From positions 58,945 through 122,944 of the forward strand of contig JAHLLH010000008.1 in assembly GCA_020444265.1 (NCBI GenBank): a DNA stretch of 64,000 nt, read 5' to 3'. A program made the translations under genes and the position numbers. Below are positions 9,437 to 17,745 of this stretch, piece by piece. Within the stretch, counting starts at the first letter, position 1; each line of letters begins with the position of its first letter. The notes under the pieces were generated by a model. The model was not told where the DNA came from. It saw nothing but the letters and a program-made list of their open reading frames with translations, and ran no database searches. Source of the stretch: a bacterium (GTDB lineage: Bacteria > Electryoneota > Electryoneia > Electryoneales > Electryoneaceae).

Positions 9437-10550
9437 CTACTCTTTTGCTGCACCATGCTTGTCACGTCGCTGCCCGATAAGGAACGCGGCGATGAACTCA
9501 TGGATATCGCCATCCATCACCTCGTCCACGTTGCTCGTCTCAACCCCGGTACGCAGGTCTTTGACCATTTTGTAGGGATGGAAGACATAGCTTCGGATCT
9601 GGTTGCCCCAGGCGATGTCACCCTTGGTGTCTTCCAGCTCGGATCGCTTCTTCATCTCCTCTTCCAGCTGACGCTGGTAGAGCTTCGCCAGGAGCATCTT
9701 CATGGCGGAGTCTCGGTTCCGGTGCTGGGACCGTTCGGTCTGGCAACTGACAACGATATTGGTCGGGATGTGGGTGATCCGGATGGCGGAATCAGTCTTG
9801 TTTACATGCTGGCCACCGGCGCCGGAGGCACGGAAGGTGTCGACACGTATATCAGCCTGGTTGATCTCGATCTCGCCAGTATCTTCCACTTCCGGGTAGA
9901 CGAATACGGATGCGAAGCTGGTATGACGGCGAGCGTTCGAGTCGAACGGGCTGATACGGACCAGACGATGCACACCGATCTCAGCTTTCAGGTAGCCGAA
10001 GGGGTGGTCACCGCTGACATCGATTGAGGCCTCCTTGATCCCGGCTTCCTGCCCGGGCTGAAGGTCGATCACATCAAAATCGTAGCCCTGTCGTTCGAGG
10101 TAACGGGTGTACATGCGGAAGAGCATCTGGGCCCAATCCTGCGACTCTGTCCCGCCTGCACCCGGTTTAATTTGGACAATGCACCCTTTTCGGTCGTCCT
10201 TGCCGGACAACATCTTTGCCAATTCGAGTTCACCGACACGCTTTTCGAGCTTCAAAAGTGCCTTTTCTGCTTCGTCGGGTGCATCATCGAAGAGTTCGAG
10301 GTAGATCTCGAAATCCTCTAATTGCTCGTGGACCCCTTCGAAGTTTTCCACCACACGCCTGTGGCTGGAGGCAGATTTCAGGACCTTCTGCGCCGTTTCC
10401 TGGTCGTCCCAGAATCCTTCCGAAGCAGCTTGCTCGTCAAGCTTGGCTACCGCCGTGCGGTGCTTCTCAACGTCAAAGATACCCCCGAAGCTGATTCACT
10501 TTGTCGCGCAGCTCGTTCCAGCGTTCCTGCGCATCCTGCTGGGTGATCAT
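9437..10550 (-). CDS. prfB: Peptide chain release factor 2, expressed through a programmed +1 frameshift: join(10550..10476, 10474..9437) on the minus strand, about 370 aa
   Basis: The 305-aa track ORF carries SPF (VRISPFDSNARRHTSFASV) and GGQ (RASGAGGQHVNKTDSAIRITHIPT) but lacks the RF2 N-terminus. Upstream in frame 0, ATG 10550 (GGAG 6 nt upstream) gives MITQQDAQERWNELRDKVNQLRGYL, then an in-frame TGA. Shifting +1 continues DVEKHRTAVAKLDEQAASEGFWDDQETAQKVLKSASSHRRVVENFEG..., which is contiguous with the track ORF. Confidence 0.95.
10472..10490 (-). promoter_or_regulatory. RF2 autoregulatory +1 frameshift site
   Basis: The minus strand reads CTTCGGGGGTATCTTTGAC: an SD-like GGGGG, a 3-nt spacer, and the slippery CTT followed by TGA C. 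This is almost identical to the E. coli AGGGGGUAUCUUUGAC site. Confidence 0.95.
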
Positions 10551-10670
10551 CACAAACTCCTCTTCCTGCGGTTAAACCCCTCACGCTTGAGGTGCGTCCA
10601 AGATACGACTGCCGCCCGAGGTGCTCAACGGCAAAGCAAGACTTCTTCTCCAGCATGAGGGCACGTTGAG

Positions 10671-11201
10671 ATGAACGACCACCCTGCGAGGACGATGATG
10701 AAACGAACGCTGAACGCTCTAGCCCTGCTGACTCTCCTGTTTGTCGGATGTGCATCGAGCAAGCAGACGGTCAACTATGGCCCGGTGCCCCCGCTACGCG
10801 ATGTGATGAACCACTTCGAATATTTACAGCAACGTTTGCAACTGTCGGATGTACAAAGCGACAAGGTCTACGACATTCTCGAAGACCATGTGACAGCACT
10901 TGAGAAAACACGGCTACAACGGCAGGCGGGGCAGCAACTGGCTCAACCTCCTTCAGGTCCGCCATCCGGTGGGATGAGTGGAGGGCGCGGAGGTCTTACC
11001 AGGGGGAAACGTCAGCAGAATAGCCAGATCAGTCGCCTTGATGAGATCCTGGTCGACAGGATGAAAGCTGTGCTCGACAAACCGCAGTTCAAGGAGTACA
11101 AACGTATCCGCAAAGAGATGGAGAAGCAGAGGGAGCAGGATCGTCCACGTGGCGGCCCACCCGGCGGCAGAGGGGGATTTGGCGGGGGGCGTAGAGGGTA
11201 G
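10671..11201 (+). CDS. Periplasmic lipoprotein, Spy/CpxP-like (LTXXQ-type helical repeats) with a Gly/Arg/Pro-rich C-terminal tail
   Basis: Lipobox LLFVGCASS. Helical segments LQLSDVQSDKVYDILEDH and LDKPQFKEYKRIRKEMEKQ. Tail RPRGGPPGGRGGFGGGRRG. An alternative start is ATG 10695 (MMKRT...). Confidence 0.5.
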   Translation: MNDHPARTMMKRTLNALALLTLLFVGCASSKQTVNYGPVPPLRDVMNHFEYLQQRLQLSDVQSDKVYDILEDHVTALEKTRLQRQAGQQLAQPPSGPPSGGMSGGRGGLTRGKRQQNSQISRLDEILVDRMKAVLDKPQFKEYKRIRKEMEKQREQDRPRGGPPGGRGGFGGGRRG

Positions 11202-11303
11202 ATTAAGACCCCCGTGCTGACACAGCGCATCGGGCGAGGTGGATTTCTCACATTCCGGATCGTAGCTTTCATCCTGTTCCGGGATCACTGTGGAGTCCAT
11301 TTC

Positions 11304-11765
11304 ATGTCCTTTCCAACATCCGTTTCTTCACGCCTGCACTGGCTGCTGCTTGGTGTGTTGCTGTTCACCCTTGTCGCTGGGTGCGCCTCACAACGCTACC
11401 GTGACGCGGTCATTCCCCCGATGGAAGAGACTGAGGCGATGCTCGCCTTTATCGGTGAAGATTTGCAGTTGAATGAAGAGCAGCTTCGTAAGCTTCGTGG
11501 GATTGTGACTGAGAATGCGAAGATTAAACGGAACATTCGGATGCAGTATCGCAGCCGTCCCCTCGAAGTCCGTGAAGCGACCGATGCTCGCATTGACAAA
11601 TTTGAACGCAAGCTCGGTGCGATCCTGACACCGGAACAGCGGAAGCTGTTCGGCGCGTTGATGCGTGCTATCCAGCGTTCCGAACTCGAAGACCTGCCGG
11701 ACGCCAATGGTGCGAACATGCGCGCTCCCTCCGATCCAACCTTCGATCCGACGAGGGGGTATTAG
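11304..11765 (+). CDS. Periplasmic lipoprotein, Spy/CpxP-like (LTXXQ motifs)
   Basis: ATG 11304 with TGGAG upstream gives MSFPTSVSSRLHWLLLGVLLFTLVAGCASQ (lipobox). LQLNEEQLRKLRGIV and ILTPEQRKLFGALM are LTXXQ-type motifs. The ORF-track start 11214 adds 30 implausible residues. Confidence 0.55.
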   Translation: MSFPTSVSSRLHWLLLGVLLFTLVAGCASQRYRDAVIPPMEETEAMLAFIGEDLQLNEEQLRKLRGIVTENAKIKRNIRMQYRSRPLEVREATDARIDKFERKLGAILTPEQRKLFGALMRAIQRSELEDLPDANGANMRAPSDPTFDPTRGY

Positions 11766-11812
11766 AGGCAGACAAGTCCGGCCTACATCTGATTGCCCAG
11801 ATCGGGCCAGCC

Positions 11813-12679
11813 TCAGCTATCCAGCCGCTGCTCGACCAACTCTGCGAACCTATCCGCAGATTCCGGCACCATGGAGAAGAAGAGCTGTGGTTCAAGCAAC
11901 TCGAGTTCCATCAGGAAGAGCTGGTTGTAGCGGACGATCCCATCAACCCGTGCATAGAGCGGAACCTCGTCCAACATCTCGAGTAGAGCTTTGCCCTGAT
12001 CGATCAGGGCGGGGGTGGGGTGGCCCAGTTCGAGGCTGCCGCCGTGACGCTCCTGCACACGAAAATCGCCCGCCTTCGGCTTCTTCACGACAGCATGGCT
12101 GTACTCGCCGTTGAAATAAATAAGGGACCATTCGCCTTCACGCTCAATTTCCGGAGCGTATTCCTGCACCATCATTTCCTGCTTCGCCAGCGCCTCGGTC
12201 CACTTTTCCTGTTGCACACGGGCAAAGTCGACGTGGAGACGCCAGGTTCCTCGTGCGCTGGCTGAGACAAGCGGCTTGATGACTGCTTCGTCCAGCAGCA
12301 ACGAACGCAGATGGTGCTCCAAGGTCCAGGGGTCGCCAGACTGTACGACCATTGTCGTCAGCAGGTTCGCGCCTTTGTTCCGCAGTTCGAGGAGGTATCG
12401 TTTGTTGAGGTTCCAGCGGAGGGTGGCGGGGGGATTCAAGAGCGGGGCTTGCGTCGCTTCGAGACGATCCAGCCAGGCGAGGAACTCCTCTGCATGATCA
12501 CTGTAGTCCCAAGGGGTGCGGACCAGGATGAGATTGTACTTCAGCCAGTCGGCATCGGGATCGTTCCACACTTCTGCGTTCGCTTCAATCCCTCGTTCCT
12601 CGAGGGCGGTGACCAGCAGACGTTCATCCGGAAGCAGGGTGGCCAGCTCTTGTGAGGTGACCAGCGCGACACGTTTCAT
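11813..12679 (-). CDS. ATP-grasp domain protein (RimK/glutathione-synthetase-like ligase)
   Basis: Start MKRVALVTS at ATG 12679, 10 nt after the upstream stop. PWDY, VIKPLVSASARG, MMVQEY and DFRVQERHGG blocks resemble ATP-grasp ligases. Substrate unknown. Confidence 0.55.
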   Translation of the reverse strand: MKRVALVTSQELATLLPDERLLVTALEERGIEANAEVWNDPDADWLKYNLILVRTPWDYSDHAEEFLAWLDRLEATQAPLLNPPATLRWNLNKRYLLELRNKGANLLTTMVVQSGDPWTLEHHLRSLLLDEAVIKPLVSASARGTWRLHVDFARVQQEKWTEALAKQEMMVQEYAPEIEREGEWSLIYFNGEYSHAVVKKPKAGDFRVQERHGGSLELGHPTPALIDQGKALLEMLDEVPLYARVDGIVRYNQLFLMELELLEPQLFFSMVPESADRFAELVEQRLDS

Positions 12680-12689
12680 CCAATCCGTC

Positions 12690-13142
12690 CTACTCGCTTT
12701 CAATCCGGAAAAACTCAGTCGTCAGGCCCTCGTAGAGGGGCTCATAGAACTCCCACTCTTCCGGGTGATACTCCTTGAAATAGAAGACGCGCTTGATGCC
12801 GCAGGCAGCGATCATTTTCGCGCAATTCCAACAGGGCATGACGGTGCAGTAGACGTCGCAGCCATCCAGGGCGGGACCATAACGTGCCGCCTGTGCGATG
12901 GCATTCATTTCCGCATGGACCGTCCGTACACAATGGCCGTGTAGCATCGCATGTCCGACATCGTCGCAATTGTCCGATCCCGCCGGAGCGCCACCATAGC
13001 CGCTGGCGATGACTCGTTTGTCACGCACAATAATCGCACCGACCTGGGCACGGTCGCAGGTCATGTACTCCGACCAGAAGGTCGCTAGGTCAATGAATCG
13101 TTGCTGCCATTTATCCGCTCGAATCACTGTATGGGATTTCAC
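12690..13142 (-). CDS. Deoxycytidylate (dCMP) deaminase, ComEB-type
   Basis: Zinc motifs HAEMNAI and TVMPCWNCAKMI (HAE...PCxxC). About 150 aa. Confidence 0.85.
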   Translation of the reverse strand: MKSHTVIRADKWQQRFIDLATFWSEYMTCDRAQVGAIIVRDKRVIASGYGGAPAGSDNCDDVGHAMLHGHCVRTVHAEMNAIAQAARYGPALDGCDVYCTVMPCWNCAKMIAACGIKRVFYFKEYHPEEWEFYEPLYEGLTTEFFRIESE

Positions 13143-13816
13143 TTCGTGCTCCGTGGCTTGAGCTGCTTGATCTCGTTGTCCCTGTTGGCTTCGCGTAATC
13201 GTTTCTGCTCCGCGATGTACTCCTCTTCGCTGATCGCGTCCCCAAGGTCTTCAATCGCCAGGCTTTGCAGGTTTTCATTGAAGAGTTCAGCGTACTGCTT
13301 TGCATCCTTTTTCGGAGCGATGTATTTGAGGCTGATCATGCCCTGGTGGGCCTGGAGGAAAATCATGACCACGTGACGCGGTTCATGGTCCTTCTCCTGG
13401 AAGACAGGGATACGTTCGAAGGTGTACATGATCCCTTCACGGCCCGCCGCTTCCACACGGCTGCTGTCGAGGACCTCGTAATAGTGGCTGCTATTACGAA
13501 TCATTCCCATCTTAAACAGTGCGTCACGAGATAGCCACTGGAAGTCCATCGGACGTCGCATGTTGTCCGAAATGACCTGGATCTCCGGCTGTTCACCCTC
13601 CGGCTTGGTCGTATCGGGAAGCAGCGTCAGCACCTGGTACATCACACGATCCTGGATACGACTGCTCCAGCCATCGGGAATGGTGATGGTGTAGCCATCG
13701 CGTGGATGTGTGTACCGTTCAGCGGTCTTGCTCTTCTGTTTGCTACAGCCCACCAAACTGACAGAAATGGTTATCAGCAAGAGCAGCGAAGAATAGAAAA
13801 GAAGTTTGGTTTTCAT
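13139..13816 (-). CDS. Hypothetical lipoprotein
   Basis: ATG 13816 gives MKTKLLFYSSLLLLITISVSLVGCSKQ (lipobox). No family recognised. The 3' end overlaps the deaminase start by 4 nt, and the start lies 1 nt after the upstream stop. Confidence 0.6.
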   Translation of the reverse strand: MKTKLLFYSSLLLLITISVSLVGCSKQKSKTAERYTHPRDGYTITIPDGWSSRIQDRVMYQVLTLLPDTTKPEGEQPEIQVISDNMRRPMDFQWLSRDALFKMGMIRNSSHYYEVLDSSRVEAAGREGIMYTFERIPVFQEKDHEPRHVVMIFLQAHQGMISLKYIAPKKDAKQYAELFNENLQSLAIEDLGDAISEEEYIAEQKRLREANRDNEIKQLKPRSTK

Positions 13817-13817
13817 C

Positions 13818-14267
13818 TTAATGGGTTCGTCGTAAAGAGTCGATTTGTTCGAGGATGCGAGCAGGGACACGAACCGGCCTGCCGCTTTCAACCTTGAAGA
13901 ACATTCCCACCTGTATGGCACGGGCCATCACCTGATCATTGTACCGAAACTCCGCCTTCATGGTTGCGCGCAGTTTGTCAAACGAGGCGACCCAGAGGGT
14001 GGCCTCGATGGGACGGTCCAGCAATCGGATGGGACGAAGGTAATCGATTTCGGTTCGCAACAACACCGGACCAATCCCATCTTTCATCAACTCGGACAAG
14101 GGAGCATAGGCATCCAGCCATGCGAGACGCAGGTCCTCGAGCCAGCGGATATAAACGATGTTGCTTACATGGCTCGCATAGTCAATGTCATAGGTTGTCG
14201 GGGTCAGGTTGAGAGTCACCGGCAGGAGGTGATGGTCTTCCTCCGCCACGAGCGCGGGCTTGTTCAC
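13818..14267 (-). CDS. Acyl-CoA thioesterase, hotdog fold (YbgC/4HBT-like)
   Basis: 149 aa. IDYASHVSNIVYIRWLEDLR and GPVLLRTEIDYLRPI are typical of 4HBT-family thioesterases. Confidence 0.65.
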   Translation of the reverse strand: MNKPALVAEEDHHLLPVTLNLTPTTYDIDYASHVSNIVYIRWLEDLRLAWLDAYAPLSELMKDGIGPVLLRTEIDYLRPIRLLDRPIEATLWVASFDKLRATMKAEFRYNDQVMARAIQVGMFFKVESGRPVRVPARILEQIDSLRRTH

Positions 14268-15157
14268 CGTTCCTCCAGCTCACGTTCGACGTACATCTCT
14301 ATGCCTTCGGTCGCTGCTGGAACACGGTCAGTCGAAAGTATATCCGCGCCATTTTTGTAAAGGTTGTAGTAGATGCGCGGCCCACGTTTGTCAGCCTTCC
14401 TGTCGAGATTGCCCATGGTACCGAGGATGGTACGGACGCCGTTTTCGTGCAACAGGCTGTAGAGGGACAGCTCAGGTTCGCCGACACCTACAAAGGCGAC
14501 GATGTTGGGAGGTTGAATGCCGGAGGCGAGGGTGCGCTCCCACTCATCCTGGTTCCGAATCGTGACCGACAGCATCAGGTCGGGATTCAGCTTGTGGACA
14601 CGAGCAGCCTGATCAAGGTTGTACGTGATGACAATGCTGCAGCTCTCCGCTTCGTGCTCCTCGATGACTGCCACAACTTCCTCGTGGCTCACGGTCCTTT
14701 TGACATCCACAGTCAGGATGGCATTGTTCTTCGCCCAATCGAGCACCTCGCCAAAGGTCGGGACCTTGAAAGGTGTGGGGTTGCCATCATTGTCCAGCAG
14801 GTTCAGGGCACGTATCTCCTCGAAGGTGAGACTGTTCACATCTCCAGTGCCAGTCGTGGTGCGATCGACGGTATCATCGTGCATCATCACCAGCACGCTA
14901 TCCGCAGTCCTTGCCACATCACATTCGATGATACAAGGTCCGTACGTGAGCGCATTCTGAAAGGTCTCGAGGCAGTTTTCCGGGTAGCCCGGTTCGGGGC
15001 CACCGCGATGGGCACTGATCAACGGTTCCCCGCCGGGTGTCCAGCGCATGTAGAACTGCAAGGCGGTAGCATCCGGCAGACGGATGCTGTTTTCGGATGC
15101 GACGCCCGGCAGGGTGAGCATCAGGGCGATCAAACCGACCAGCATGAGACGTTTCAT
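14264..15157 (-). CDS. Glycerophosphodiester phosphodiesterase (GDPD family), secreted
   Basis: Signal peptide MKRLMLVGLIALMLTLPGVAS. LISAHRGG...PENCLETFQNAL...IECDV...VMMHDDTVDRTTTGTG are the GDPD catalytic blocks. Confidence 0.85.
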   Translation of the reverse strand: MKRLMLVGLIALMLTLPGVASENSIRLPDATALQFYMRWTPGGEPLISAHRGGPEPGYPENCLETFQNALTYGPCIIECDVARTADSVLVMMHDDTVDRTTTGTGDVNSLTFEEIRALNLLDNDGNPTPFKVPTFGEVLDWAKNNAILTVDVKRTVSHEEVVAVIEEHEAESCSIVITYNLDQAARVHKLNPDLMLSVTIRNQDEWERTLASGIQPPNIVAFVGVGEPELSLYSLLHENGVRTILGTMGNLDRKADKRGPRIYYNLYKNGADILSTDRVPAATEGIEMYVERELEER

Positions 15158-15227
15158 CTCGGCGAACCTTTCCCTCTTTCCACGAGTGTGCTCCGGCCTG
15201 TCTCACCAGGCCGAGGCAGTCATCTAC

Positions 15228-16019
15228 TTACCGCTGTTCCTCGAAAAAGCGCATCATTTGCTTCCAGGCATCCTCCGCAGCGGCTTCATTGTAGGCTGCT
15301 CCGACAGAGGGATCATCACCCGCATTCAAGTCTGTGAAGGCATGGACGGCATCGCTGTAGACGACCAGCCTGTAGTCCGCACCAACCGTCTCCATCTCAC
15401 CCCGGAAGGTGGTGACATCCTCCCAAGGGACGTGCGGGTCCGACCCGCCGTGGCAGATCAACAAATCCGCCTTGATCTCACCTTCGCCTGCGGGATGCGG
15501 TGATGTCAGGTTGCCATGAAAACTGACCGCGCCGGCTAGTTCGGCACCGCTACGCACCAACTCGAGGGTGTTGGTACCACCGAAACAGAAACCGATTGCA
15601 TAAATATGCTCATCATCGACCATCGGTTGCGCATGAAGTTGCTCGAGAGCGGCGTTGGCGCGATCCCGCATCATTTTCCGTGACTGATCCTGGTAGAAAG
15701 GCCCCGCGAGGGCACTGGCTTCTTTGCGCGAGGTGGCACGCTTGCCCTTGCCGTACATGTCAGCAACAAAGACCGCGTAGCCAAGCTTTGCCAGTTCACG
15801 TCCCCAGCGCATCTCATGGTCACTGATCCCTTTCCACTGGGGAAAGATGAGGACACCAGGTTGATCCTCTTCGATGATTTCGCTGCGGATCGCCTGGCCC
15901 TCGAAGGTGATGCCTTCGAAGGTGTACTCCTGCGGAGTTTCGGACACCTGGGCGATCAACGGTGAGGTGAGTAGAAGGAATAGCAAAAAGGTAACAAATC
16001 GTTTCAGAATGGTTTGCAT
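15228..16019 (-). CDS. Dienelactone hydrolase family protein, secreted
   Basis: ATG 16019 (GGGAGAG upstream) gives the signal peptide MQTILKRFVTFLLFLLLTSPLIAQ. GVLIFPQWKGISDH, IYAIGFCFGG (nucleophile Cys elbow) and a C-terminal H in DAVHAF. Confidence 0.7.
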   Translation of the reverse strand: MQTILKRFVTFLLFLLLTSPLIAQVSETPQEYTFEGITFEGQAIRSEIIEEDQPGVLIFPQWKGISDHEMRWGRELAKLGYAVFVADMYGKGKRATSRKEASALAGPFYQDQSRKMMRDRANAALEQLHAQPMVDDEHIYAIGFCFGGTNTLELVRSGAELAGAVSFHGNLTSPHPAGEGEIKADLLICHGGSDPHVPWEDVTTFRGEMETVGADYRLVVYSDAVHAFTDLNAGDDPSVGAAYNEAAAEDAWKQMMRFFEEQR

Positions 16020-16131
16020 CGGTCTCTCCCGGCTCGGACGATTCCCCCATTGGGGCAAAGGTGCTTTGTGAGTATGGCAGGCGCAAAACCGGGCCGGTGG
16101 AATCCGGAGAGAAGGGGAGGCAATAAACCGG

Positions 16132-17724
16132 TTACCGATTACCGGGACTTATTTCGAGCAGGTAGAGGGAGGGCATGGCAACTCGTGTCGCGCTCAAGTA
16201 GTCGTTGCCCTGTGCGGCATGCCAAGAGTTTCTGACACGTAACGTCCCTTGTTCAAATCCCAGACGGCGGGCCATGAATCCGATCAGCCGTGGATTGCGT
16301 GGAGCGGGCAGGATGACCCATCGGACGTGAAGCTCGGTAAGGTAGTCATGTACTGTCCCCGCATACATCCGTCTCACCATGGCCCGGCTGTTCAAGCCAC
16401 CGATATCCACGATCGGATGCCCGGATTCCCAAGCCAATAGCCCGATGTCGAAGGCGGCGACAGGTTCTGCGGGAGGAAGCTCACGGCGCACCGTCTCCGC
16501 CATGAAATGGTGAACATCGTAAAGGTGCCTGACAGAGCTTGTGTGCCACTCTGCCCAGCGCACTCCCTGCGGAACGAATCCTGCGAGCAGGAGCACAGTG
16601 ACTGCAACTCCCAACCAACGCTGCAACGGATCCCTCAAACGTGCCATGGCTCGTGTCCAGCCAACCAGAGCGAGCAACGGCAAGCTTACCCAGAGGGGTT
16701 CGAGATAGCGTCCTAAATGTCCGCTGCTACCCAGTCCGAACAGGACGAAGATGAGTTGCAGGAAGAGGAAGATGATGAAGGCGCGTGGAGCCCCTTTTAA
16801 TCTCCACATCACCATTGATCCGGAGATGACCAGTTCCAGCACGACCAATCCCCAGAACCAGCCGATTATACTGCCGGGTCCGATGTTGCCCGCGATACAA
16901 TGGGCCAAGTCCGTGATGAACCGCAGGTAAATTGGCAGGGCCGGTCCCTGGGTCGAAAACCATCCCTCACCAAGGCCGTAGAGCCAGCGACGCGCCGCGA
17001 ATGTCGAAGGCAGGCTACCGCTGAGCAGGCTTACCAGCAGCAGACCAGAAATAGCGACGGCTGTGATGATTCCGAGATGGGACCAGTTGAGTGAATGGTC
17101 CTTCTTGCCTTTGTTACCCGTTGACAGTAGGCGAACGATCATCAGGGCAAAGGGTGCCAGCAGCATTTCGGGTCGTGTCAGCACAGCCAGCGACAAGCAA
17201 ACTGTTGCAAACCGTTTCTGCCTGCGTATGAGCGCGCCGAATCCGCCAAAGAGGAAAGCAGTCGCGAGTTGACTTTCCATTCCTGTCAAGGCCAGTGCTG
17301 CCTGCATGCCGGATAACCCCAGCAGTAGAGTCGCATAAAAAGCATTCCGTGCTGTGAGAATTTCAGAGGCAATTCGGTAGACGGTCACCAGCAGGAAGAG
17401 AAATGAGGCTATGCCGAGAAGTAGTGCCGCCAGATCAGCGGGGATACGGAACAGCGCCAGGATGGAGATGAGTGTTGTCCAGAGCAGCGAACTGCTGCCA
17501 CCCAGTTCAGCCCCGGGTTGAATCGCAAACTGACCGGTGGAGGTGAATGTGCGTGCGATGGAGGCGTGAATGTAGCCGTCATCCAGGCTCAGCAGCACAC
17601 CCGGACCGAAAGGCCGTGCCACAAGATGAAAAGTCAGGGTGAGGGCGAAGGCGATCAGGAGGAGGGTCAGCAACGGCAGTCCCTCCCTCAGGGGATGAAA
17701 GCGTAAAGATTTTGGGTCTTTCAT
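16132..17724 (-). CDS. Polytopic inner-membrane protein, possible GT-C-fold glycosyltransferase (paralog of 17746..19404)
   Basis: At least 10 predicted TM helices, then a soluble C-terminal domain of about 150 aa. An acidic motif LSLDDGYIHASIARTF follows TM1, the position where GT-C enzymes carry a catalytic DD/DE. The function is inference only. Confidence 0.45.
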   Translation of the reverse strand: MKDPKSLRFHPLREGLPLLTLLLIAFALTLTFHLVARPFGPGVLLSLDDGYIHASIARTFTSTGQFAIQPGAELGGSSSLLWTTLISILALFRIPADLAALLLGIASFLFLLVTVYRIASEILTARNAFYATLLLGLSGMQAALALTGMESQLATAFLFGGFGALIRRQKRFATVCLSLAVLTRPEMLLAPFALMIVRLLSTGNKGKKDHSLNWSHLGIITAVAISGLLLVSLLSGSLPSTFAARRWLYGLGEGWFSTQGPALPIYLRFITDLAHCIAGNIGPGSIIGWFWGLVVLELVISGSMVMWRLKGAPRAFIIFLFLQLIFVLFGLGSSGHLGRYLEPLWVSLPLLALVGWTRAMARLRDPLQRWLGVAVTVLLLAGFVPQGVRWAEWHTSSVRHLYDVHHFMAETVRRELPPAEPVAAFDIGLLAWESGHPIVDIGGLNSRAMVRRMYAGTVHDYLTELHVRWVILPAPRNPRLIGFMARRLGFEQGTLRVRNSWHAAQGNDYLSATRVAMPSLYLLEISPGNR

Positions 17725-17745
17725 AGGACACCCATGTCCTGACGG

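Noticed and set aside
9437-10354. prfB as an N-terminally truncated pseudogene
   Set aside because: The missing N-terminus is encoded upstream in the 0 frame and joined by the canonical CTT TGA C +1 frameshift with an SD-like GGGGG. The gene is intact.
14447-15337. 296-aa plus-strand ORF
   Set aside because: It is antisense to the GDPD and dienelactone hydrolase genes, spans their intergenic gap, and has no recognisable motifs.
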